The position numbers and the translations under genes were made by a program. DNA of 63,684 nucleotides, counting the filler. It is 5 parts of 5 records of this genome, joined end to end, with 100 filler letters (N's around TTAATTAATTAA, not from the genome) between each part and the next. Parts side by side here need not be neighbours in the genome. Positions count along the whole stretch, not along the records: positions 19,960 to 45,720 come from SRR2962707_4941; positions 45,821 to 56,040 come from SRR2962707_4943; 3 more parts are not named here. One strand, given 5' to 3'. The notes below the pieces were generated by a model that did no database searches, was not told the origin of the DNA, and saw nothing but the letters and a program-made list of their open reading frames with translations. Within the stretch, counting starts at the first letter, position 1; every line of letters begins with the position of its first letter. Below, in pieces: positions 39,295 through 48,766 of this stretch.

Positions 39295-39714
39295 ATGACA
39301 ACTCTTGCACTACTACTGACACTAATTTTCTTCGTGCTTTCTGGCATCCATTTGAGTTGGGCTTTGGGTGGAACATGGGGATTTGAAACTGCTCTTCCTA
39401 CGACTGAAGATGGTAAACGGGTTTTAAACCCGAAGAAAATAGATAGTGCTATTGTAGGCATAGGGCTACTATTTTTTGGAATGTTTTATTTAATCAAAAC
39501 AGACTACATATCACTTGACATGCCGGAGTGGATCTTGGTTGTTGCCAGTTGGCTCATCCCCTCGATATTTTTATTGAGAGCCATCGGTGATTTTAAATAT
39601 GTTGGTTTCTTCAAGAACGTACTGGAAACCGATTTCGCAAAAAATGATTCCAGATTCTTTTCTCCACTTTGTGCCGTCATAGCGCTGGCTGGTTTCGCAC
39701 TCGAATTGATCTAA
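39295..39714 (+). CDS. DUF3995-like membrane protein
   Basis: IHLSWALGG, LRAIGDFKYVGFFK, FSPLC. Confidence 0.75.
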   Translation: MTTLALLLTLIFFVLSGIHLSWALGGTWGFETALPTTEDGKRVLNPKKIDSAIVGIGLLFFGMFYLIKTDYISLDMPEWILVVASWLIPSIFLLRAIGDFKYVGFFKNVLETDFAKNDSRFFSPLCAVIALAGFALELI

Positions 39715-39799
39715 CTTAAGTACCTTTTAAAGGTTATAAATCCAATTGACTACTCACTTTCGTATGTCATTACATCTATAACCAAAAGAGCAAAAAAAT

Positions 39800-40900
39800 A
39801 TGTCTTTAGCACAAACACAGTCTCTCAAGTGGAGAGAAGTATATAGCCTGGCTGCCCTTAATGCTGCCGTAGTTATCAGCTGGATCGCTTATCATGAGTA
39901 CCAGCCAATTTTGATGGAAAACCTTGGGATCACACATCTTGTGGATTTCATGATCATCGCCAAGGCAATCATTCTTATAGTCATACCTCCTGTTGCCGGA
40001 TGGCTGGCAGACCGGATCCTAAAGAAAAACGGTAAATACATGATCATCTTCACGGTGGGGATTGGAGCCACAGCAATGGTTTTTATGGTGGTCGCAACGC
40101 TCATTGGAACATCCAATGTGATGGATGTGAGCGGAATCATCCCATTTATGATCGTGATATGGCTCATAAGTATGAACCTGTTCATCAGCCCTGCAAATTC
40201 AATGATCGAAGCATTTGCCCCGGCAAAGCAACTTCCTATCGTGGTTGGCGTGCTTTTCCTCGTTACAGAACTTCTCTATGCACTGGAGCCCGTGGTGGTG
40301 GCGTTAGTCACGTTCTTCGGTGATACGTTGACATTCATTGTGGGAGGTATTCTCATCGGTGGTACAGGATTCATCTTTCACAGAGTCTCACGTGATGAGG
40401 TTATGCAACGGAAATCTGAATTGATCGCCAATGATCGAGTCAAACAGCAGCCGCTCGTTTCGTATCTCGCCATCGTCATAGTGGGACTGTTCCTTGGTTT
40501 AGGAAAAGCTTTTCTCGTTGAATTTTTACCTGAATTTTTTGCCATACGACATCCGGGGTTCACGGAATATGAAGGTTATATTTCCTTCGCGATCCTCGGA
40601 CTTTGTGCCATCGCCGGCTTCCTGATCAGTAAGAAGGTCTCTCGTTCAGAGCTTAAAAATGTAATTATCAGCAGCTTCGTTGTGATGGCTATTGGAGTTT
40701 GTACAATGATCTTTTCAACCAATCCTTATGTCACCATTATGGCTGCCTTGATCATCGGAGCAGGGTTTACCATGGCAAACATTAGCGGACTTCCATTTGC
40801 GATAAACAACCTGTCGGTCAAGCATGTAACCTATGGAGTAGGTATCTATATAGGTGCCTCTGAGGTGTTGACTGGTTTATTCGAATACTTATATAGGTGA
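39800..40900 (+). CDS. MFS-like transporter
   Basis: Many TMs, motif-A-like GWLADRILKK. Confidence 0.7.
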   Translation: MSLAQTQSLKWREVYSLAALNAAVVISWIAYHEYQPILMENLGITHLVDFMIIAKAIILIVIPPVAGWLADRILKKNGKYMIIFTVGIGATAMVFMVVATLIGTSNVMDVSGIIPFMIVIWLISMNLFISPANSMIEAFAPAKQLPIVVGVLFLVTELLYALEPVVVALVTFFGDTLTFIVGGILIGGTGFIFHRVSRDEVMQRKSELIANDRVKQQPLVSYLAIVIVGLFLGLGKAFLVEFLPEFFAIRHPGFTEYEGYISFAILGLCAIAGFLISKKVSRSELKNVIISSFVVMAIGVCTMIFSTNPYVTIMAALIIGAGFTMANISGLPFAINNLSVKHVTYGVGIYIGASEVLTGLFEYLYR

Positions 40901-40925
40901 TAAGAACCTTTTCTTGATGATTAAG

Positions 40926-40954
40926 AGCCCTCCCACTATCAGGAGGGCTTTTTT
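40926..40954 (+). terminator. Rho-independent terminator
   Basis: AGCCCTCC-N8-GGAGGGCT followed by a T-run. Confidence 0.8.
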
Positions 40955-40957
40955 GTT

Positions 40958-40985
40958 TGTTCACCCTGCTTTTTTAAGTGTTCAC
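40958..40985 (+). promoter_or_regulatory. Candidate LytTR binding site (direct repeats, 21-bp period)
   Basis: TGTTCAC at 40958 and 40979, upstream of the lipoprotein-LytS-LytTR operon. Confidence 0.55.
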
Positions 40986-41050
40986 AGATAAAATTTTTGG
41001 CTACTTTGGCAATCGATCACTTTTGGGTCATCATCAAAATGAAAATAATT

Positions 41051-41647
41051 ATGAAAAAGCGATCAATTGTTTTATTAGGAATCCTGGCTGTTTTGCTAAA
41101 CTCCTGCGTGTATTCTTTATTTCCCATATACACAGAGGATACTCTGGTGTTCAAGGAAGAACTCGTTGGGAAATGGTCCGCTGGTGAAGAGGGAGTTCAT
41201 TTTCTTTTCGAATCCATGGGAAAAAAAACATCAACGTTTAATACTGAACAAATTGAGATTTATGAAGAGAGCTATAAACTGACGTTAATTAATGATGATG
41301 TGCCTAAAGAGGCTTTTGTGGCACATTTGGTGGAAATTGGTGACGATCTGTTCATGGATCTCTTTCCTTTGAGAGAATTCAGCTCAAAGAACATTTCAGA
41401 TAATTTTTTCCCGGTTCATACCTTTTATAAGGTTGAAGTCACTGAAAATGAATTCACTATGACATATTTTGACCTGGATAAGCTCAACAAGCTTTTTGAG
41501 AGTAATCGTATTCGATTACGTCATGAAAATGTAGATGGCACCATTATGATTACTGCCCAGCCCAAGGAACTTCAGAAGTTTATTGATAAATACTCTGATG
41601 ACGAAAGTGTTTTTGATTATACAGAAACATATAAGAGAGCATCGTGA
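41051..41647 (+). CDS. Hypothetical lipoprotein
   Basis: MKKRSIVLLGILAVLLNSC lipobox; overlaps the downstream kinase start. Confidence 0.75.
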   Translation: MKKRSIVLLGILAVLLNSCVYSLFPIYTEDTLVFKEELVGKWSAGEEGVHFLFESMGKKTSTFNTEQIEIYEESYKLTLINDDVPKEAFVAHLVEIGDDLFMDLFPLREFSSKNISDNFFPVHTFYKVEVTENEFTMTYFDLDKLNKLFESNRIRLRHENVDGTIMITAQPKELQKFIDKYSDDESVFDYTETYKRAS

Positions 41648-42666
41648 AAAACTTTTTTAATAAAACACTCACAGCATCGTGGCTACAGCACCTGACCTTT
41701 TGGGTGCTGTCGCTGTATGCCATTGGTAGCTATTTTTCTATTTCGAATGAGCTTAAAACGATTGATTTTATCTATTCATTCTTTTTTCACATTCCTCTCC
41801 TATTGCTGGTGTATATCAACCTACGATATCATATCCCACAGTTTTTATTGAAAGGACGGTATGTTCTCTATTTATTTCTAAGCGTATTCAACCTTGCAGC
41901 AGCCTATTTCATCCACCAGGTATTATTTGATGTAATCATACCTGTACTACCTACAGATTTCTACTTTGTTTCATTCACAGATGGATCTGTATTGCTAGCC
42001 ATTTTCATCATTTACCTGGTGCTAACGACTCTATTGAAGCTGTCAAAATCATGGTATGAACTCCAGCAATTGGAAAAAGAGAAATTATCCCTGGAGCTCA
42101 ACTCGCTAAAAATGCAAATCAACCCGCATTTTCTTTTCAATAGTCTTAACAGCATGTATTCACTGGCCAGAAAGAAAAGCGACAAAACACCGGATGCTAT
42201 TCTTCGCTTGTCCAACCTGATGCGGTACATGATCTATGAGGTATCCGAAGAAGTAGCTCTCAGTAAAGAAGTAGATTCAATCCATGACTACCTGAACCTG
42301 CAAAAACTTAGACTAGAAGAAGATGCATCAATCTCTTTTAATGTCGAAGGGAAACTGGAAGATCGTATGATTGCGCCACTTCTGTTCTTCCCGTTGATTG
42401 AGAACAGTTTTAAGCATGGTTTTAAAGGTGAGAAAGGGAGTAACTTCGTTGATATCTCCCTCAAAAACACCACTTCTGAGCTACAATTTTGTGTTACCAA
42501 TAATAAAGGTGCTGGTGGCCACTCCGAAGATGGAAAATATGGTGGTATTGGATTGAATAATGTAGAGAAGCGACTTCATCTAATTTATGGAGAGCGAGCT
42601 CAACTAGAAGTGACGGATACAGACAAGTCATTTGATGTTACAATAAATATTAAGTGGAATGATTAG
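41644..42666 (+). CDS. LytS/YehU-type sensor histidine kinase
   Basis: LKMQINPHFLFNSLN, ENSFKHG, GIGLNNV. Confidence 0.93.
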   Translation: MKNFFNKTLTASWLQHLTFWVLSLYAIGSYFSISNELKTIDFIYSFFFHIPLLLLVYINLRYHIPQFLLKGRYVLYLFLSVFNLAAAYFIHQVLFDVIIPVLPTDFYFVSFTDGSVLLAIFIIYLVLTTLLKLSKSWYELQQLEKEKLSLELNSLKMQINPHFLFNSLNSMYSLARKKSDKTPDAILRLSNLMRYMIYEVSEEVALSKEVDSIHDYLNLQKLRLEEDASISFNVEGKLEDRMIAPLLFFPLIENSFKHGFKGEKGSNFVDISLKNTTSELQFCVTNNKGAGGHSEDGKYGGIGLNNVEKRLHLIYGERAQLEVTDTDKSFDVTINIKWND

Positions 42667-43333
42667 ATGCCTGATTGTCGATGATGAACCGCCAGCGCGG
42701 GAAGTGCTGGAGTCTTACATAGCAGACCTTCCTAAGCTGCAACTGGTTGCAAGTTGTAGCAATGCAGTTGAAGCATTGGAATGGTTGGACAGGGAGTCTA
42801 TTGATCTCATTTTTCTTGATATCAATATGCCCAAGCTATCCGGAATCAATTTTTACAAGTCTTTGAGCAATAAACCAAAAGTCATCTTCACAACCGCTTA
42901 TGCGGAGCATGCCGTTGAAGGCTTTGAACTGGAGGCGGTGGATTACCTCCTTAAGCCATTCTCGTTTGAACGCTTTATTAAGGCAGTGAATAAGGTGGAC
43001 CTTGAGAAAAGGGAAGAGTCAACGGGGGATTTCATTATGCTCAAAGCAGACAAGAAAAATCATAAAATCAACTTTGATCAAATCTTGTATTTTGAGTCTA
43101 TCGGGGATTATGTGAAAGTGCATCTGCGTGATGCTAAGACACTCATCATAAGTGAAACCTTACGTAAGCTTGAAGAAATCCTTCCGGAGACCTTTTTGCG
43201 CGTACATAAAACCTATATCATCTCCATTCCTCAGCTTGAATACGTAGAAGGCAATCAAATCAAAATAGGAGAAACAAAAATCCCGATAGGTCAATCCTAC
43301 CGGGATCAAGTGAATAATGTTTTTAAAAAGTGA
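42659..43333 (+). CDS. LytTR-family response regulator
   Basis: CLIVDDEP, FLDINMP, DYLLKPF, FLRVHKTYI. Confidence 0.95.
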   Translation: MIRCLIVDDEPPAREVLESYIADLPKLQLVASCSNAVEALEWLDRESIDLIFLDINMPKLSGINFYKSLSNKPKVIFTTAYAEHAVEGFELEAVDYLLKPFSFERFIKAVNKVDLEKREESTGDFIMLKADKKNHKINFDQILYFESIGDYVKVHLRDAKTLIISETLRKLEEILPETFLRVHKTYIISIPQLEYVEGNQIKIGETKIPIGQSYRDQVNNVFKK

Positions 43334-43362
43334 TTTTGACTATACTTATTGTCAAATAAGAA

Positions 43363-45342
43363 TCATTTTTCTGAATCCTTGATTTTCCCCTCTTTATTCT
43401 TAATCAGTTCTTTTTCTTTTCTCTTCTCCTTTTCTTTCTGCTTATTCTTATTCTTGGCTTTATCCTTCGTCGTAATTTCAATTACCCCGTCCTCACCTTT
43501 ATCTCCATATTTCTCAGTGGCCGTTTCTCCTTTCAGGACGTTTATATGATCAATGTTATTCGGTTCCATATCTGACACATCCTCCACCACTTTACCATTC
43601 ACAATGAATAACGGCTCATCACCACCACCTCTTATGCTTATGATTCGTTCTTGTTTAGCATCCTCAAACTTCAGCTTTTCCTTCTTGATCTTTTCTTCCA
43701 CCATTCGGCGTTCCTCGGCTTCTTTTTGCATTTGATAAGCTTTCTTTTCTTCCTCAGATGCATTGCGAAGCATTTCATTTGCTCTTACTTCTTCATTTCG
43801 AGCTCGTTCTGCTTCTTCTTTTGCTACCAACATTTCCTGCTGCACAGCAAGTTCTTGTTCTTGCTTGCGAAGTGCTTCCTGACGGGATTCCTTATCATCG
43901 CCAGATGGGATTTCTTTAATTCTTGGTCTGAAATCATAATCCTGTATATATGATGCCGGATCCACAAATTCCCCATCCTTTTTTACCTCGTAGTGAAGGT
44001 GTGGTGCCGTGGAGGCCCCTGAATTTCCTGAGAGCGCGATCACATCACCTCTCTTTACTTTATCTCCCTCTTTTACCTTAAACTCAGAAAGCTGGGCATA
44101 AAGAGTCTTAAATTCATTTCCATGATTGACAACTACCCTTTTCCCATACCCGCCTGGCTTATCCGTTATTGATTCAATTGTGCCATCTGCAGTAGCATAA
44201 ATTTCTGTCCCTACCTTACAGGAAAAATCAATCCCCTGATGCCATTGTTCTACTTTCTTAATAGGATGCATGCGCTTACCAAAACCGGAAGTCATGCGGA
44301 CATCATCTGAGTTTTTTAAAGGCAAAATAGATGGTTCATTATCGTCCTGTTCAGTCTTATTGAGTTGCGCTTTGGGTTCTGGCAGATTAAATGTCGGAAG
44401 CTTGAAGCTTGGTTCAGGAGATAGCATCTCCGCCAGTTCATTTCCTACATTTTCAATCGGCTCAATGGCTTCCTTACTGGAGAAAGCGAAAATCACCGAT
44501 ACCAATACAGGCAGGGTCAGCGCGTAGAGCAGCCCTGCATATTTATTTTTTTGTTTGTTCATCATGACAATTCGTTTTTTAATCATTGAAAAATTGAAAT
44601 GACTCACCAAACCTGAATATGTGGCATACTGGAGCTGGGAGTACAATACCTCCTGATAACCAATCGGATCGTTGAACTGATTGATTACCGCTTCGTCTGC
44701 CTGGAATTCATGGATTTCAATGAGTGCGTTTCGATACAAGTAGATGAAGGGATTGAACCAAAACAGCGAAACAAGAAAATCCATCAGCAGCCGGTCAATC
44801 GAATGACGCTGCTTGACATGCACACACTCATGCGCCAAGATCTGATCAAAGGCGTTCGAACCAAAGACATCTTTGGGAATGAACACATTTGAAAAGAAAC
44901 TAAACGGACGGGTCTGTGACGTCTTAAAAAGTTTAAACCATCGTTTTTTTACATATTCTGAATGTTTTTTGAGTTTTTGAATAAAAACCAGATACACCGT
45001 GGATCGTCCGATCAGAAAGCATGTGACCAACACATATAACCACGGCAGCAAATGCCACAGAGAAAAATCAGTTTCTCCGCTTTCTTTTGGTACGGGTACC
45101 ATTTCAAACTCCATCGCCGATTCCTGCATCCATACGATCACCGGAGATTCTTCCAGTGGCTGGACGGGGAGCTGATCAGGTATCTGTATAAAGGGAATGA
45201 CAAAGCTTACGACCAAAGCAGCCAGCAAAAACAATCGGTTCCATCCATGTCGAATGGAATTTCGCAGCACCAATCGGTAAAAACCATAGAAAATGGCCTG
45301 TATGACCAGTACTTTCCCGATATAGATCAACACTTCACTCAT
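43363..45342 (-). CDS. BlaR1-like M56 peptidase fused to M23 peptidase and a TonB-plug-like C-terminal domain
   Basis: AHECVH, WFNP, HEFQAD; HQGIDF, HLHYEV; PLFIVNG..INVLKG..KYG..GVIEITTK. Confidence 0.88.
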   Translation of the reverse strand: MSEVLIYIGKVLVIQAIFYGFYRLVLRNSIRHGWNRLFLLAALVVSFVIPFIQIPDQLPVQPLEESPVIVWMQESAMEFEMVPVPKESGETDFSLWHLLPWLYVLVTCFLIGRSTVYLVFIQKLKKHSEYVKKRWFKLFKTSQTRPFSFFSNVFIPKDVFGSNAFDQILAHECVHVKQRHSIDRLLMDFLVSLFWFNPFIYLYRNALIEIHEFQADEAVINQFNDPIGYQEVLYSQLQYATYSGLVSHFNFSMIKKRIVMMNKQKNKYAGLLYALTLPVLVSVIFAFSSKEAIEPIENVGNELAEMLSPEPSFKLPTFNLPEPKAQLNKTEQDDNEPSILPLKNSDDVRMTSGFGKRMHPIKKVEQWHQGIDFSCKVGTEIYATADGTIESITDKPGGYGKRVVVNHGNEFKTLYAQLSEFKVKEGDKVKRGDVIALSGNSGASTAPHLHYEVKKDGEFVDPASYIQDYDFRPRIKEIPSGDDKESRQEALRKQEQELAVQQEMLVAKEEAERARNEEVRANEMLRNASEEEKKAYQMQKEAEERRMVEEKIKKEKLKFEDAKQERIISIRGGGDEPLFIVNGKVVEDVSDMEPNNIDHINVLKGETATEKYGDKGEDGVIEITTKDKAKNKNKQKEKEKRKEKELIKNKEGKIKDSEK

Positions 45343-45713
45343 AACTTTCGCTGAGATATTTGTTCATCAATCAGTTTTCTTATGGCCTTAAGCTCTTCTA
45401 CAGAGAGCTCTTCCTGGCTGGCAAAGAAGGAAGCAAACTTTTTCGCTGAGTTATCAAAAAAGCTACTCATCAGTCCGTTCATGGACTGCCGGGTATACTT
45501 CTCCTTCGAGATCAGCGGGTAATACTCCCTCGACTTCCCATGCGTTTCAAACCCAATGAATCCTTTTTTCACCAATACATTCACTACCGTAGAGATGGTG
45601 GTGTAGGCAGGTGCCGGATCCGGGTATTGTTCTACAATGTCCTTGAGATAGGCTTTTTCCAGCCCCCACAGGATCTGCATGAGTTGTTCTTCTGCTTTGG
45701 TCAATTCCTTCAT
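45339..45713 (-). CDS. BlaI/MecI/CopY-family repressor
   Basis: LTKAEEQLMQILW, AYTTISTVVNVLVKKG. Confidence 0.92.
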   Translation of the reverse strand: MKELTKAEEQLMQILWGLEKAYLKDIVEQYPDPAPAYTTISTVVNVLVKKGFIGFETHGKSREYYPLISKEKYTRQSMNGLMSSFFDNSAKKFASFFASQEELSVEELKAIRKLIDEQISQRKL

Positions 45714-45720
45714 GACACAA

Positions 45721-45820
45721 NNNNNNNNNNNNNNNNNNNNNNNNNNNNNNNNNNNNNNNNNNNNTTAATTAATTAANNNNNNNNNNNNNNNNNNNNNNNN
45801 NNNNNNNNNNNNNNNNNNNN
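45721..45820. other. Artificial contig linker
   Basis: N-run with TTAATTAATTAA. Confidence 0.99.
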
Positions 45821-45877
45821 TTCCAGTGTCAGCGTCTCTTCGCCCCACTGCATTGATTTCGTTGTCACATTGAACAT
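45821..45877 (-). CDS. pnp: Polynucleotide phosphorylase, first 19 codons (contig end; absent from ORF track)
   Basis: Minus-strand translation MFNVTTKSMQWGEETLTLE, the Rhodobacteraceae-type PNPase N-terminus; AGGA RBS. Confidence 0.8.
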
Positions 45878-45899
45878 CTAGCGTATCCTGTAAGGGAGC

Positions 45900-45979
45900 A
45901 CTCCCGGCCCTCCGGGTCTCCCGATGCAAATGGCGGCCCCATTGCCGCCGACCCCTTTCATCATGTCATGCGCCGGAGT
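45900..45979 (-). promoter_or_regulatory. Structured 5' leader of pnp
   Basis: Nested stems ACTCCCGGC/GCCGGAGT, GGGTC/GACCC, GGCGGC/GCCGCC. Confidence 0.45.
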
Positions 45980-46578
45980 CAGGGCGTCACGTCTCAGATT
46001 TCACGCAATTACATCACTTTTACGGGATTTGAAACAGGCAAGGGCGCACACTTTGAATTTCAGGAAGGGCCTAAAAATTTTGACTACTGCGCAGTTTTTC
46101 GATGATGCGCCCCGAATCCATTTTCCGGGAATTGGCCAGCAATGCCGTGAAGATAAACAACTTCACGCTGGCGGGCGTTGAAATAGTTAAGGCGGTCCGG
46201 TCATCATCCGGCGTGCTGGCGCTGAACCGAACAGGTCACCGAAAGGTGATACTAAACAAAATGAAGGCACACAGTCCCTTTTGGCCGACCGCAAGCCCAG
46301 CGGATCAAAGAGAAAAGAATTGCATAAACCATTCGTAGTACGCCAGATTTCTTGGTGGTTAAGTTTGTTAGGCGATAGACACAAAGTAATGCCCTTGATC
46401 AGTTGTTTTTTGATTACTTTCAGATATAAGGCAACTCCGATGACTACGGCGAAGTGCTGGCCAACGACGTAGGACCTTGGAATTTCCGGAAGGAAGGTAT
46501 ATATACTTTCGGTGACGCTCCAGTTTCGGCAGCTAGATACGCTGCAATATGTACTTTATTTTATGAGAAGTCGGTAAA

Positions 46579-47919
46579 ATGTCTCTTTTGGTTCGCCCCG
46601 TTGTCATAGTTTTTGCGCAATTCTTGGTCTGCCCATGGGTAGCCACTGCCCAGGCTGCCGTTTTAACCGGGCTCGATACCTTTTCGCAGAACCTGGGTGT
46701 TCCGGTTCACCAAAATTTCCTGTCTGATGGCGCGTCAGTAGTAACGACCCAGGAAAACAAATCCTGCGTTGTCAGCAAGCGGATCGAAATCGAGAACTCC
46801 ATTTACCTCGACAAACAGGGTGGCGATATCGATTTTGATCGGATCGTGCGCAGCCCTGCAACGTCGATTCAGGCCGTCTCGTCAGAAGAAGGCGGGATTT
46901 CGTTTCGGATACAGCTGAAATACAGCATCGCCAAAGGTACGCCTATAACGTTCACCTATGGTGATCAGTTTGTTGATCTTCAGGATTCGCTGGAGGATAG
47001 CACCGACAGCCTCTTGATGACGGGTGAAACCGCTGCGCTTATGGCGGATGCTTTTCGGGACGGCGTCGCAACAACGCTTTCGTCGGTGTCGATGGAAACC
47101 GGGCATTTCGTGTCTGACGCCCTGTCCGGACCCGATCTGTCGGCACTTGATTCCTGTGTTCTTGATTTGCCGTCTGACACCATGGTGGCTGAAAATATAG
47201 ACAACGCTGTAAGGCTGAGCTTTAGGGCTGACCCGGCGACCACACCGCTCGCAACGCTGCCAGAGTTGCGCGCATGTCGCATGAATGATGAACCCGGCCT
47301 GCTCCACCTGGCCAAACTCGACTCTGTCACCGGCTTTTATTCCCAGACGGACAAAATCTTCGTTGCCTTTAACGACGATGGAACGCTGTCGCGCGCCTAT
47401 ATCCCGGGCATCTTTGATGGCGATTTCAGTGCACCCTGGCAAACCGCTCGGCTGAGCCTTGCCGCAGATTCAAATGTCCCCTCTCTTCCCAACGATGTGA
47501 AGGGCTGCCTAGGATCGGCCGAAATTGCTGTCTGCACCAGCGCGCCGGAAGACGGCACTTACAGCATCGGTCCGTGCGGCGGGTTGGACGATCTGGATCT
47601 GTTCCCGGATGCCACCGGTTTTGTTCCCGAGGTTGCAGGCCTTGCACCATCTTTGGTGGGTCCGGGTAGCATTACCAGCGGTTCGGGCGGCGGCGGTGGC
47701 ACTTCTACTCCGTTGACGTCAAATCCGCCTGTCATCATCCCGATCCCCGGGACCATACCGCCAACGATCACGCCGCCGACTGACCCGACCGGTGGGGGCA
47801 CTCCAAGCATTCCGTCGGTGCCATTGCCATCCGCAATCCTCTTCTTGTTTGGTGCCGTCTTTGTACTGTTCCGTCTGCGTCGACGCGCTGGCACGACCAT
47901 CACGGCCCCTGCTGCCTGA
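46579..47919 (+). CDS. Surface protein with VPLPA-CTERM (PEP-CTERM-like) sorting signal
   Basis: Signal peptide; Gly/Pro/Thr-rich linker; VPLPSA + TM + RLRRR. Confidence 0.8.
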   Translation: MSLLVRPVVIVFAQFLVCPWVATAQAAVLTGLDTFSQNLGVPVHQNFLSDGASVVTTQENKSCVVSKRIEIENSIYLDKQGGDIDFDRIVRSPATSIQAVSSEEGGISFRIQLKYSIAKGTPITFTYGDQFVDLQDSLEDSTDSLLMTGETAALMADAFRDGVATTLSSVSMETGHFVSDALSGPDLSALDSCVLDLPSDTMVAENIDNAVRLSFRADPATTPLATLPELRACRMNDEPGLLHLAKLDSVTGFYSQTDKIFVAFNDDGTLSRAYIPGIFDGDFSAPWQTARLSLAADSNVPSLPNDVKGCLGSAEIAVCTSAPEDGTYSIGPCGGLDDLDLFPDATGFVPEVAGLAPSLVGPGSITSGSGGGGGTSTPLTSNPPVIIPIPGTIPPTITPPTDPTGGGTPSIPSVPLPSAILFLFGAVFVLFRLRRRAGTTITAPAA

Positions 47920-48122
47920 TTTGTGAAGGGATCCCGATAGGGCGCATGCCTTGCACCGGTTTTCTAGGCTGGTTTGTCCGGGCGCAGTTCTAGGACAACG
48001 CCGTTTTCTTTGGCGGGCCACAATCACGTCTCATTCCTCTTTCCAGTGAATGCTCTTGTCAAAAACGGCAAACGACAGTCGGCGAATTCACCGGCTATCT
48101 GGGCCGCAGCCGGTCCGTAAGA

Positions 48123-48760
48123 TCAGGGCCGACCGCCCGGTTCGAGTTGACGCCTGTGTTGACGCCGATAGAAGCCAAAACAATAGTCAGGCGCTGAACG
48201 CATCAAGATGGCCGCGCCCTTGCCCGCCTCACCCAGCCACATCGGCCAGTCTTCTTGGGCAATGGTTACGGGCATCTGGTTGTGAAGTCCCTCCATGGCC
48301 TGATTTGCAACAGTTGTTACGATGGCGCAGGTCCGAATTACCTGTCCATCCTCTTCCCAGTCCTGGCAAACTCCGGCAAGGGCCAGAACATCACCCGGGT
48401 CGGGTAGACGTACCATGGCAACAGGTTGCCACCTCGTCTTTGGCCCACTCATAATAGCCGCTGGCAGGAATCGGGCAGCGCCGCGATCGGCAGGCGGACT
48501 TGAAAGCGGGCTTTTCAGCAATCGTTTCAGCCCTTGCGTTAATGGGCAGCGGTCCGTCGTTCATGGCTTTGTACCAATGCGGTAGGAAACCCCAGCGTAT
48601 TGCAGCCAGACGGCGCTGATCGCCATCGAATCAAACGGTATGCACATGATTGGTCGGACAAACGTTGCAGTTCGGCACAGCAGGCAGATCGTTAGCGGGC
48701 GACGCGGCAAAGAGTTCTGCCATAGCGTCACTTGGCAGTGTGACAGCAAACCGCCCACAT
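48123..48760 (-). pseudogene. SOS-response-associated peptidase (SRAP/YedK-like) pseudogene
   Basis: Fragments RFAVTLP, RWGFLP, INARAETIAEKPAF, PASGYYEW, LHNQMPV; frameshift at codon 2, in-frame TGA at 48631-48633, further frameshift near 48400-48440. Confidence 0.85.
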
Positions 48761-48766
48761 AAAGGC

